Part shown: positions 24,564 through 36,382 of the stretch, piece by piece
How positions within the stretch are numbered: position 1 is the first letter of the stretch
How the letters are laid out: each line of letters starts with the position of its first letter
Source of the DNA: Guillardia theta CCMP2712
Taxonomy: Eukaryota; Protista; Cryptophyta
Length of the DNA stretch: 64,000 bases
Direction: 5' to 3'
Assembly: GCF_000315625.1 (NCBI RefSeq)
Contig: NW_005434654.1
Span: 556,632-620,631 of the forward strand
The notes under the pieces: model-generated
Seen by the model: only the letters and a program-made list of their open reading frames with translations
The model's database searches: none
Told to the model about the DNA's origin: nothing
Made by a program: the position numbers and the translations under genes

Positions 24564-27267
24564 AGAGCAGGAGGTGGTGGTGGAGCACTTTTCGTTGACG
24601 CCCTCCTCCTCAAGTCGAGGCTGCAGAGCGAGCCGTTGAGTTCAGACTCTGCGAAGCGCCAGGCGCAGCTCAACGAGTCTTTGCGTACGGTTGTCGCGGC
24701 AGGCAAGGAAGCTGAGCACATCTGCGTGCTCGCTCGACCCGCCACGAAGCGCAAGGACGTGCACCTTTCGTGCGACCTGAGGTACGCGCGGGCGAAGTTG
24801 CAGGAGGCAAGGCTCCTTGCCCTGCTGGCCGTGGAGGAGAGGCTACATCCCTGGGCCCTCAAGGCCCGTCCTCAGATCCCTTCCTTCCCACTCGTGGAAG
24901 GCAGAGACTCTGACGTGGTCCAGCAGTTCCTTGACCCCCTCAACGACCCCAACAGGGAGGAGGAGAAGCTTGAGACCTCCCGCGAGGAGAGGGCCGTCCT
25001 CTCCGCCACTGCCGCCATGCAGGCCACACCCGACAAGCTGCTCTCCTCCTCCGCTCGATCTGTGATCGGACACGCCCTCAAGCTCATCGTGGAGGGCGAG
25101 GGATCAATCGTCATGCTGTGGAAGCGGGAGGAGGAGGACAGTCTTCCAGCAGCGGGAGAGCAGGCTACCGAGGAGACATCGGCAGGAAAGGAGGAGGAGG
25201 CGGGTGAAGAGGACGACGTCAGCAAGGAGCTCAAACCTGTCCTTCCTGACGCTCCTTTCCTGACTGCGCGAGAGGCTCTGCAGGCAGCAATCACGGAGGG
25301 TCTGGAGCAAGGGAACCTGGATGTAGTGGAAGCAGCTTCCTTCGACCTGGCGGTGTGTACGGGAGGAGCGAACTATCAGCGGACAGCAGAGCTGCTCTGC
25401 CTGCATCAGGCATGCAAGGCTAGGAAGGCGATGATGGCGACCCTGCGATCGATCCTGCCCAACGAGAGCATGGAGAAGGTTTGCATCAGGAAAATCGATT
25501 TCCTGGGTGAGAGGGGAGGAGACAAGAGCAAGAGCGAGCAAGCAGCTCTGTCCGCCTCCTTCCTCCTGAAAATTTCTCCTGCCGCAAGAGTCCTCGAGAT
25601 TGTCCCAGAGCTCGCAACCTTGCGATCCCCCTTCTCCTCGAAGACTGTCTTTCTGAGCGCTGTCCTTGGAATGGGACATGAAAGGAATCACTTGTACGTC
25701 TCTTTCTTCACAGGCAGAGCAGGTGACGCGACCACTCCTCCTCCTCCTCCTCCTCCTCCTCCTCCTCCTCCTCCTCCTCCTCCTCCTCTTCCTCTTCCTC
25801 CTCCTCCTCCTCCTCCTCCCTCAGCCACTTTTCATCCCGCCTTCTCTCCCTCCTCTTCTCCATTCTCTCTCTAGCTCCCCTGCTCCCGTTGATTTCCCCA
25901 TCGCGCAGACGCGGATTCCAAAGACCCCATCCTGGTCTCACAGGTTGATTTCGACTTGGACTTGTTCCAGTCCATAAGGTCCGTCCGGCTTCCTCCTTTC
26001 CTCCTGCTGACCCCCATCGAACTCAGGAAGAAGCACATGGACCTTGAGGAGCAGCAGAAGCTCAAACACCTCGACGTCTCCTACCCACATGACGCGATGC
26101 ACTCCCACGCCCTCCTCCTCGACCTCCTCGACCTGGTCTCCACTCTTATGCAGGATGTCCTCCAGGTCTTGCTCTCCTACCCCCCTCCTTCATGCTTCCT
26201 CTTGGCTCACTTGTCTCTTTCTCAGCTCTTCAACCAGTACACCCGGCAGCTGGAATTTGACGAGGTAGTACTCCTGCTGGACAAGGAGCTGGACTTCCTC
26301 CCGATAGAGGTCTGCTGGCCTCTTGCCCGGCCACAGCTGAAGCTTCTCTCCACCAGGCATGCTCTCCCCTCAACCAGCGCAAGTGCTCGAGGGACTTCTC
26401 TCTCTCCATCCATCACAATCGCACCAAGACTTGCCCCGACGGAGGGAGAGGCTCCGTCCAGAAGTCGAGCCTGTGCTACCTCTGTGATCCCAGGAACGAG
26501 GACAACAACGTGAGACAACACCAGCTACTGCCCTGCTACTGCCCCCGCTCACCTTCCTCAACTATCCTTTTTCCCTCCTCTCGCTCATCCGCGTGTGGGT
26601 CATTCTCCTCACGCGCTCTTATCTCAGACTGCCAACGGGATTGTCGAGCGACCGGAGGATTTCTCAACGATCTGTGAAGCTTTCGAGTCAGACATCAGAC
26701 CTCTTGGTATGTCCTGCCCTCCTCCTTTCCTGCCCTCCTCCCTCCTCCCTCCTCTTCCATACCTCAACCCCAACAAACACATGCACGGCTTCCTTCCTCC
26801 TTCGTTATCCTTCCCCTTGTTGTCTCCTCGCCTCTACACTGTCTCTCTGTCGTTCTCCTGCCCTTCCTCCTAACCCTCTCCTCTAGGATCGTGGACGGGA
26901 GTTTCTGGCACCGAGCGCATCCCCTCCAAAGGAGAGTGTCAGAGGATCTTGACGCAAGCATCTCTCTTCCTCTTCCACAACGTCTCCCCGTTCTTCGGCT
27001 TCCTCGACGCAGGTCCTCCACTTGTGCTCCCTCCTCCCTCCTCTCTTGAGCGTGCACAGGATCTGTCGCCGTCCTCAACCTCGAGCCCTGTCACCTTGCT
27101 CTGCTCTTTGATCGAGCAGGTGCTTCTTGTGACTTCCTCGCTAAAGACACTCACCCTCCTCGCAGAAAACGAAACTTCCGACCGACTGCAAAAGCGCAGG
27201 GATACCGAGCTCTTGCCGCACAGCATAGCTATTAGGGAGACCTGGCAGACAGCAGGTCAACCTACTT

Positions 27268-27331
<64 letters not shown>

Positions 27332-27880
27332 CTTCTCGGATCTCCCCTCCTCCTCCTCTCTCGCTCTACCGTCGGCTGATGTATCTTCTGTTCAGCTCTG
27401 ATGACGATGCGAGGCGTGAGTCACGTCGTCCTCAACACGTGGAGCATGGATCCAGCAGCGAGCCATCGCATCCTGACGCAACTGGTTGACTCTGTTCTCA
27501 AGGGAACCGATGTGAGCAGCGCAGTGCACGAGAACAGCGTCGCTGTCTACACACAGTTCCGCCAGCTCGTCAAGGATATCGAGGAAGCGAAGCGGCGCGT
27601 GGAGGAGATGACAGCTAAGTTGCAGCTGCAGTCTTCACAGGAGGGAGCGGCGAATGAGGAGGGAGAGGGAGGAGGGGAGGAGGGAGCGGCGAAGGAAGGA
27701 GAAGCAGGAGAGCAGCAGGGAGAATCAGAAGAGGAACCAGTCACTGAGGAACACGTTGAACAAGCCCAGCAGGAACTGGAGGGGAAAAAAGCAGAGCTGG
27801 AAGAATTCATGCAGGCAAACAAGGGAATGGAGATCGCGCTAAACGTCAGAGGGTACGGGCTGACCGGCGTCTCCTCTTAG
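19145..27880 (+). CDS. CFAP46: Cilia- and flagella-associated protein 46-like (TTC40), large TPR-like protein (multi-exon)
   Basis: Very long helical protein; DQFLARAYL, FLVYNASVVYW..RPL, AWSLCLPILQPNLRK, LHLEVARC, NAAVYLWNYH motifs as recalled for CFAP46; C-terminal LLLDKELDFLPIE and RGVSHVVLNTW. Confidence 0.78.
24492..24572 (+). repeat. (GGAGCA)n repeat read as a Gly-Ala tract within the CFAP46-like ORF
   Basis: About 13 near-perfect hexamers, in frame. Confidence 0.85.
25736..25820 (+). repeat. (CCT)n microsatellite, probably intronic
   Basis: Trinucleotide run following a CAG|GTGACG donor-like site near 25723. Confidence 0.85.
27269..27332 (+). repeat. (CTCCTG)n microsatellite, probably intronic
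   Basis: About 10 perfect hexamers. Confidence 0.85.
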
Positions 27881-28638
27881 TGTCGACAACTTGAAGCTTC
27901 CTCTCAGTGTGTAAATATGAGCGACTCTGAAATAGTGATCCTCAAGGCTGAGTTCGAGTCCCTAAGGCTCCTCTAGTGCAGCAGAGGTCAACTGATGTCT
28001 GCGTTACTTTGGCATACTACAAGTCTAACAAAGGTCACGGCGAGTGACTCAGTCACGGGCATAGTAGTCGTAGGCTACGACTCGGAACTCGGAACTGAGA
28101 GAGTACCGAGCACTCAAGTGATCGGACCGCCCGGGGCCCGGGACCGGACCCCGGGCCCCGGGCCCCCGGCCTCTAAAAAAAATTGGGGTTGTAGAGGGTG
28201 GGGTGGTGACCTGACTCTCTCACAACCCCTAGCACTTACCTCATTCACGTGCGTATGACTCATGGGGTGGGGGTAGGTTGAAGTGTTGTATGATACCGGT
28301 GGTTGTATCAGGGAAAAGAGGGGTGGTGCATGCCCGCTGCTGCTGTGCTGAGCACTTTTCGCTGCTCCGTTCTTGTTCTCTAGCGCACTACCATCTCATC
28401 CCTTCTTGCCCCCTCACATGCTGCTGCCTCTGAGTCTCTTCCTGCACTTTCTTGGCCCCCCTCCTCCAAGACACCTGCCTTGCCCTCGGCTCATGGAGCC
28501 TGAACCCTGCCGGCCTCGGCCTCGTTTGCCCATGTCTGCTTTGAGCGGAACGATGATCTGCTTTCTTTGTCTGAGCTCGTTTCTGATTGCTGTTTCTGAT
28601 AATCTCTTCCAGGGCTCAGTTACTCACGGAGGAAAAGA

Positions 28639-29319
28639 ATGGGAAGATATTCCAACGATGGATTCTTAACTGCGTTAGACAAACAATTTAATCGTGTGAG
28701 GACGCAAGGATCTTTGTTCATAACTCTCAAGAGATGTGAGATAACGTTCTGGTATCTTTTCGGCCTCATTCTTAAAACAGACGTGCCGAAAGCTTTCAAA
28801 TCAGGGAGAGAAAATCCCGAGGGCTCTGAACCGTGAGTCTTCAGAAACGACTTGTTCCATTCACTAACGAGAGACGTGCAGACTTTGCCTCATCCGAGCA
28901 AAGTTAGGGAACAACTCCATCTCCACGGTCGTTCCACAGAAGGTGTGTTGGATGTCTTGTTTGATTGGTCATACGCCTTTTCCCTCTTGCAAAAACGCAC
29001 ACGTCCTTTCCCCATCTGGCCATTTCCGTGCCATCTTGGGTAGAAGTTGTCGCGAAGAGAATACAGGAGGAGGCATGCATCGTTCCCAGTCCGGAGTGGG
29101 ACTCAGCCTCTGACTGTGATATTCCTAGATCTCTGTGTTTCTGTATGGTTATGTTGGTGTTCCCTTGTGTTGGAGATGGAGATGTACGGGACTCACTTGT
29201 TTCGGTCCTGACAGGATGTAGCGAAATTTCAATCAGCATTCAGCACTATCTTGAAGGGGAATATGGATGGTCTCAAGAAACCAGAAAAGAAGAAAGTCAA
29301 GGAAGTGAAGAACAAGTAG
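28639..29319 (+). CDS. SRP14: Signal recognition particle 14 kDa subunit (4 exons)
   Basis: MGRYSNDGFLTALDKQFNRVRTQGSLFITLKR...CLIRAKLGNNSISTVV...DVAKFQSAFSTILKGNMDGLKK matches SRP14 throughout. Confidence 0.9.
28980..29125 (+). ncRNA. Candidate intronic H/ACA-like snoRNA
   Basis: Two hairpins separated by an ANANNA hinge inside the ~270-nt SRP14 intron; terminal box is non-canonical. Confidence 0.3.
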
Positions 29320-29418
29320 ATGTGGATGGAGTTGGGTGGATGGATCAGAGCAGAGTTTGGGGGGGCAGGAAGTTTTCGAAATTTGTTTCAGTAAATCAAG
29401 CTAGTTGTTATTCTTTCG

Positions 29419-31967
29419 TCATATCTGAGATTCTAACGGATGCAAGTCACACAGCCCGAATGGTCCACAATGAAACCGCCGCTCGACCTTGTGCTCGTGC
29501 ACAGTGTAAGGGACGATGCCTTCGACTGGCTCAGCTACGACATTCGATTTGCTTCCCAAGACATACCTGCGTAACCCGCGGCTATGTAGCCGAAGGTGCT
29601 CTGCCGAGTAAGAATCAACTTGTGACATCTGCAGTCATCTGAGGGTCACGTGCAGACGCTTGCTCTTCTCTGTTTACCTCGTCAGTGCCCACCAGTCTGC
29701 TGTCATCTGCATCTGAGCTTGAGCGCCAGTTTCTCTGTGCCATCGCGTCAATGCTGAACAACGTCTTTCCGGTCCAACCTTGCGCTGTGGATCATACTGG
29801 TCTTGTAACTCAGCACCTTGTCTCCGATCTCTGCGTTGGACCTCTAGAGGAGTGAGGATCGCGCATCCTCGCTGCAGCGTTCGGCACACCTGAAAGCGTC
29901 GAGCACTCCTGCACTGTCAGTAGCCACGAAGAGCCTGGAGGCATTGGGGGAGCTCTTGAGGGCTGATATGGCGGTCAGTAGAAGCATGGCCTGTGGAAAT
30001 GAGATCAGCACAGGAGCAGCAATACACGAGGACGGTCATACCTGACCTCGCCGCCTCAGCGGGATGGCGCTAGAGGGACCGATCTGCGAGTCCCCGCCCG
30101 CACTCTGAGACTTGGTCATAGTGACCCGGACATGCACTCCGACCTGCCAGCTGGGTCAGGAGCCAACGGAAGGGCCAGGCCCGAGCACCCTGTGTCCTTG
30201 GCCCTGGATCCTCGAATCCACGAGCTCCTCAACTAACTTGTTCGGGCGAATGACCTGCAGTAGAAACGTTTGAACGTGCGCTTTCGCTTCCTGGATCTGC
30301 TGCACCTGCTTCAGACAGTCTCCTAGAGCGATAGCCAATTCAGGATGAAGCAGATTGAAAGCCTTGGAGTCGAGAAGGCTGCTGTCGTCGTAGATCATGC
30401 GGATTACCGGGCCCACGTGGTACTCGACCATCATCTGGCGTGCGGGAGTCAGCATGACGCCGATCCCTCGTGAGTTATCTCACTTTTCCATGCAAGACTT
30501 CAGAGAGAGGGCTGGACGTGCTCAGAGTGTCAAGGTCAAGTAATACATAACTGTGTCCATATTTAAGAATGGTTTGCTTCACTGACGCCACAACAGAGTT
30601 CGAATCTCACCTGCTGCTCTTTGCCGCTTGCAAATGTTCCTTAACAAGGGTCGACGACGGCCAGACCTGAAGATCAGAATCCACGATATCCCAGAGGGGA
30701 ACTGGTTCTGTCCAATTGACGATCAACACCCGATGCGTCAGAATCTACAGGAGGCAGTCAGAGAACCGCCCGCCTCCTGCTGAATCAACACCGAGATCAT
30801 ATATGCGGATGCCAAATCAATCAGTCGGTTGCCCCAACCACAATCACGGGGCGTGTAGACGTAGAGAGGAACAGATCCTGGCTTCGAGCACAGGGCGGCT
30901 CCATGAAATTCTTTGTAAGCTTCAACAAGATCTTCCCACACATACACCCCTTCCAGGTTCATGGATATGGCCTCGCTCCTCACATTCGGGCAGTATGATG
31001 ATGTGGAGTTGCTGGGCAAGGTCGTGAAAGTCCTGCTGAGATATCTCCCCTCGTACAGCGCTTCTGAATCTGTCTCCACCCCCTCCCACACCTGTCTGTC
31101 TACCTTGAAAGGAGCATAGCAGTCCGCAGCGTCGGAATCTTGCTCGTAATGCTTCTTTGCCGGTGAGCGACCTCGGACAAGATTCCCTTGGGCATCGAAG
31201 AGGCTGATACTGAGGACGTAGGTACCCACTGACAGCCCTCCCACCGACATCTTGATCCTGCTCTGAACAGCTGTCAGCACTGGGATGTGTTCCGTGTCAG
31301 TCACCTGCGTGCCGCGGTGAAACTCTATTTCGTTGAGGCTCAGAACGACGAATCCGTGCTCAGCTCCCATGGGAAAGTTCAAGATCTGAACCAAGATCTC
31401 TACAACGGCTCCTTGTTCCTGGCTGTCGTAGCGATATACTTGATTGACGGAGGGTTTGACGATCCGCACGAGAGGATTCCCCATCGGTCGAGGTGCTTGA
31501 GATGTGTGACTCGAGCTCGTGTCCGGACAAGTGACGTTGAAGACGGTTTTTGCATGCTCGTTCATTCTCGACAGTTGAAGATCTGACACAGTCTCTTCCT
31601 GGTCGGGATACCCTACCAGGCGAACAGAAGTCTCGTGGCTCCCGCAAGGCAGCTCTTCCAGAACCAAGTTCACGATGGACTCATCAAAGGCCTGCCCTGA
31701 TTGGAGGACGACACCATCGAGCTCCACAACATAGCCGAACAAGCCCGAGTCGCCTCCTTCGAAGCCGAAACTCAGCATCACCGACTCTCCGACATGGTAG
31801 CTCTCCCCGTCGCTAGGAGAGATGATCATGACCCCACGGTCCCGCTCAATGTGGACAGAAGGAGGTACATCAGACATCGGGGAGGATGAAGACGAGTACG
31901 AGGACGAGGAGCGAGCAAGCAGGAGCAGCAACAGCAGCATGCCGCTTGGGTTCGATAAACCTGCCAT
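29419..31967 (-). CDS. Secretory-pathway fucosyltransferase (GT37/GT23/NodZ-type motifs) with N-terminal Ig-like modules (multi-exon)
   Basis: Signal peptide; CGWGNRL, VGVHVR, LFVATDS and ADWWALT-RCHKLILTRQSTFGYIAAG (conserved motifs of alpha-2/alpha-6 fucosyltransferases). Confidence 0.8.
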
Positions 31968-32416
31968 TGCTGCCCGACCCAGTAAAGGTCCCAGACAACC
32001 CCACCCACTGGGTTTCTAGAGTATTCTCCTTGTGCACCCATCGTTTACGCTGTCTTATAGGGGTACTCGAATGACTATTGTACCCCACCCCTCAAATCGG
32101 ACATGTTTGTTGCCGGGGTCCGCCTATTGAGACATAGCGCCCTCATGTGTCAGATGCGGCTGCAGGGACAAGGAGCGGAGGAGCGGAGGAGAGGAGAGAC
32201 GAGGAGGCGAGAGTAGAGAAGGAGAAGGAGGAGGAGGAGGAGAAGAAGAAGAAGAAGAAGAAGATTGCAGAAGCGCAACCAGGAGCGTAGAGAAACAAGA
32301 GGCTGAACAGTGAATCAACAATACGAAAAAGAGCAGCAAAGGCCAATACTTACACTCGATTGGACACAAGCAAATGCAGTGGAGAGGGCTCGAGCAAGGT
32401 CATTGAATCGTCAATC

Positions 32417-35400
32417 ATGTCTCTGCTGGTCAAGTTTGGTCGGACAAGGGCCCTGACTCCGATGGGGAAGTTTGTAGACAAGGTAAACTTGGCGAGCAAC
32501 GCCTCAAGGAGACATGTCACGACTGTCAAAGATAATGCAAGGGCTGGCACACGCTGGCATGTCGAAAGCTTCATCACAAAGAAGCTGGAGAGTGGGCAGT
32601 ACAAACTTGCATTGTCCATGTTTGATAAGCATCCTGAGGTTCACAGAAGCCTCTCACGCAAGACCTACAACATGCTCGTTCGTGCCAGCAACCAACTTAG
32701 GCAAGGGGAGAGGTCAAAGATGATTTTGAATGCCATGCGAGGGGTCGCAAGACATGCACCTGATGAGTTTACATGTACCCAACACTTGAAAGCCCTGGCT
32801 CTCTTGAGACGACCGGATCAAGCATATTCATACTTGACTAGAATGAAATCGGATGGGATCATGCCCAACGTTTGGGCGTACACAACATGCATTGACGCAT
32901 ATTGCAAGGTGGGCGACATGGAAATGGCTGAAAACATCAAGTCGATGATGATTTCAAGTGGCATAGAGCCCACGTTGGCGACATTCACTACTTTGATGAA
33001 AGGATACGCCAAGTATGGGAACCACGAGGCTCTGGAACATTATCTTGAGATAATGCAGCAAGAGAACATTATGATTGACTCGTACATAGTCTCGATTCTG
33101 ATTGATTCTTTCGTGAACAAGGGAGACATGGAACGAGCTGAGGTGGTGCCGTGAGTTGCTCCCGACCTCTCTTCTGACATGCTCATGCAGGCAATCCTGC
33201 GAGAAAAGGAGGCCGAAGACCCTAGCCTCCTCAGCTCCCACCTGTATGCTTCGTTGATCAAGGGCTATGGTCGGAAGGGTATGATTGATAGATGCATGGC
33301 ACTGATGGAAGAGATGAAGAGCAAGCAGTTGAAGGTTTCAGCAGTTCCTTACAACACGCTGATATCTGCCTTGCTTGAAAGCAAACGAATGGATCAAGCT
33401 CAGAAGACCTTGGAGCAGATGGAGGAGGCTGGCATCCAACCGAGCGTCGTCACCTACACACTGCTCATCCACGAATTCTCATCTGCTGGAAATGTTGCGC
33501 AGGCACAGGCTGCTTTCGAGACTATGGAGAGGAGTGGGATCTTCCCAGACACGGGAGCTTACAATGCACTTCTTGACGGTTATGCTTCTTTGGGACAAAC
33601 TGCCAGAATGAAAGAGATTTTCTGGAAGCTGATGCAGAGTGCCAATAAGCCAAGCATTGAGACCTACAGTATCATGATCAAATGCTTACTGCATTCGGAC
33701 GCAAGTGATGACGCGAAGAAAAGCGAAAATCTGAGAGAGTGTATGTCCTTCCTTGACCAGATAAGAGAGGAGAACCTAAAGCCAAGCGCTTCTTTTTTCA
33801 ACTCTCTGATATCTGCTTGCACCCTTTTTGGGAAGCCCCAGGACACATTCCGAATGTACGAGATGATGCAGCTTGAAGATGTGGCACCGGACATGATCAC
33901 ATTCAACGCTCTTATGGACTGTTGTCTGAAGCATGAGCTTCTCTCACACGCCCGCAAGGTTCGGTTCGACTGACTCAGCATAATCTCTGATAGTGACCAC
34001 TAAACTTGCATGGCAGGTATGGGATGACGTGCGCAATGCAGATCTCCTTCCCAACGTAAAACTCGTTCGATCCTACACCAAACTTCTCGTGTCCTGCAGA
34101 CAGCTCACACAGGCGGTGGAGCTTCTCAGCAAATGTCGAGCGATGAGGCTGGAGGAGGATGAGGAGAACTACCTGACGGTGGTTGAGGGCCTGTCAGCGC
34201 AGCGCCGTCCTCTTGCAGCCCTCGAGATCCTTTTGTCCCTGAAGGATACAAGGTTAAAGAAACCTTCGCCCGCCATGCTCAAGGCAGTTGTCTACGGCTG
34301 TGTGGCAGCAAGCAGCTGCTATCCCGAGGGGGAGATGGAGTGGACGAACTTTGTGAATACAGCATGGGAGACGTACAAGCTGGGCATGGACAATGTGAGG
34401 GCAAGGGAGGAAAAGCTCGTTGTGCCGATGTTGCTGATGTTGGTGTCACAGGCTATTCAAATCCACGAGGATGCGATTTTCCCTCTCCTGCACCTGCTGA
34501 TGCGACAGCTGGAGTTGCTCTCGATCGGCTCTGCATCGCGAAAGAGTGAGGGAAGCAAAAACCTGCCGACCTGGTTGCTGATGTTGATGTAGACATTGTC
34601 AATGTTTACGGCCAAGTCATGGGTCGAGCTACGTTGCTGATCAGGGACATACAGAAGAGGTGAGCTCGTGATGTTTCAACATAACTCTGACTCGAAGAGC
34701 CAGGGGTGTCGGGCTCTCACCGCAGACTTACTTGTATGCCGCTCAGCTCTCAACCATGGTGAACAGCCCGTCGACATCGCTCCTCTCCCTTATGGCCCTC
34801 AGTCAAGGTGAGGGTCCAGCAAGTACGGCGATGATGGCAGACCCCAGAAAGCTGCAACAAGCGCGGAGGGAGGAGAAGATTAACCAGTTCGTGTCGATGC
34901 TCGCCGACTTCCGTGATCGGAGGGACGTGGAGGGCTCGGTGCAGGTGTTGAAGATGATGAGAGACGAGGGGATCAGGCCGAATGAAAGGATCTACGCGGC
35001 TTTGGTGAATCAAGGAGGGGAGGGAGGGAGGGAGGGAGGGAACCTGTCATAGCGGAACGCCGTTTCGAGTTCGGTAATTTCCGGAATCGGATCCGAATAT
35101 TTTTCCAGTGGGCTTTGACCTGACCCATGCGTAAGAAGAGCAGGAGTTTGATCCAGACGGCTCACCCAATCGTTAGAGTTAGATATAAAAAATGAATTCC
35201 AGTCAAATTTCTGTCTGAGAACCGCAATGGTGCCCCAGGGTGAGAGGATATCGTGGGATATGCTCCTCCTTTATCTTGTCCTTCACCTCTCCTTGACTAG
35301 GATACCTGTTCACAGTCTCTTCTNNNNNNNNNNNNNNNNNNNNNNNNNNNNNNNNNNNNNNNNNNNNNNNNNNNNNNNNNNNNNNNNNNNNNNNNNNNNN

Positions 35401-36382
35401 NNNNNNNNNNNNNNNNNNNNNNNAGGGAGGGAGGGAGGGAGGGGAGGGAGGGAGGGAGGGAGGGAGGGAGGGAGGGAGGGAGGAGACTTACGTTCGTGAT
35501 CAGATCGAAGTGTGCTCGGAGAAAGGAGATTTCGACAAAGCGCTCAAGTGCCTTATGGACATTCGATGCTTCGCCGACGTGCATGCGCTGCAGTCAGCGT
35601 ACGCTTCGACCATCCGCAAGTTCGGGAGAGGAGAGCGGCTCAGCAAAGTGCTGGACGTGGTGGAGCGGATGGAGGAGGCAGAAATGTTTCTCGACGAGGG
35701 GCTCTTTACCATCCTCTTCCGGGTCTCGGTAGCGGAGACAGACTTCCTTCTCGCTCGCCAGCTCGTCCTCTGCCTCCCCCATCCCGCCTTGGATGCCTAC
35801 CGCCTGTCTCGCTCCTCCTTCAAGGAGAAGTCTCGAGAATGGAGGTTCGATCTGGATTCTTTCGACGCTTCCCTCCTCCAGGTCATTCTCGCTGGGTTCG
35901 GTCGGGCGAGGCTGGCAGAAGGAAGGTAGCTCGCTGCCCCTTACGATCGCTTACTCTCTTGCAGATGCTCTCCTCGTATGGCGAAGTGTGCTCTCCTTCT
36001 ATGCACGGCAAGATCCCAGCTCAGGCTCGCGGAGCAGGACGAAGAAGCTGCAGCTGCACGACGTGTTTGACAGCTTTCTTGACGCGTGCATGGAAGGAGG
36101 CTTTCCTGCTGAGGCCACGACGGGATATGAGGAGGCGGAGCGGGCGGGGGTGAAGCTGAAGCTCAAGGCGAGCACCTACTTGAAGTTGATACGGTGCCAG
36201 ACTGCTGCAGCAAGGTCAGCATGAGCCGCTTGCTGAATTTGGGATTGTGAATAGATGTTTCGCCGTCTAGAGATTTTCTGGCTCTAGATGGTCTTCTCTT
36301 GCGTGTTGATCGTTCTGTTGTTTTCTACTCTTCTTCTTGGCCGCTTCTTTCCAAGAGTTTGTGTTCATACAACTTTAAATAA
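32417..36382 (+). CDS. Pentatricopeptide repeat (PPR) protein (multi-exon; spans the assembly gap in an intron)
   Basis: Many 35-aa repeats: PNVWAYTTCIDAYCKVGDMEMA, PTLATFTTLMKGY, PSVVTYTLLIHEF, PDTGAYNALLDGY, PDMITFNALMDCC; 3' end approximate. Confidence 0.9.
35324..35423. other. Assembly gap (100 N); (GGGA)n microsatellites at 35013-35040 and 35424-35480
   Basis: Seen directly in the sequence. Confidence 0.98.

Noticed and set aside
25725-25874. Poly-proline C-terminus of the 1256-aa ORF
   Set aside because: It is read-through into a (CCT)n-containing intron; coding sequence resumes downstream
28965-29642. 225-aa plus-strand ORF
   Set aside because: Runs through the SRP14 intron and last exon in another frame and antisense to the fucosyltransferase end; no recognisable motifs
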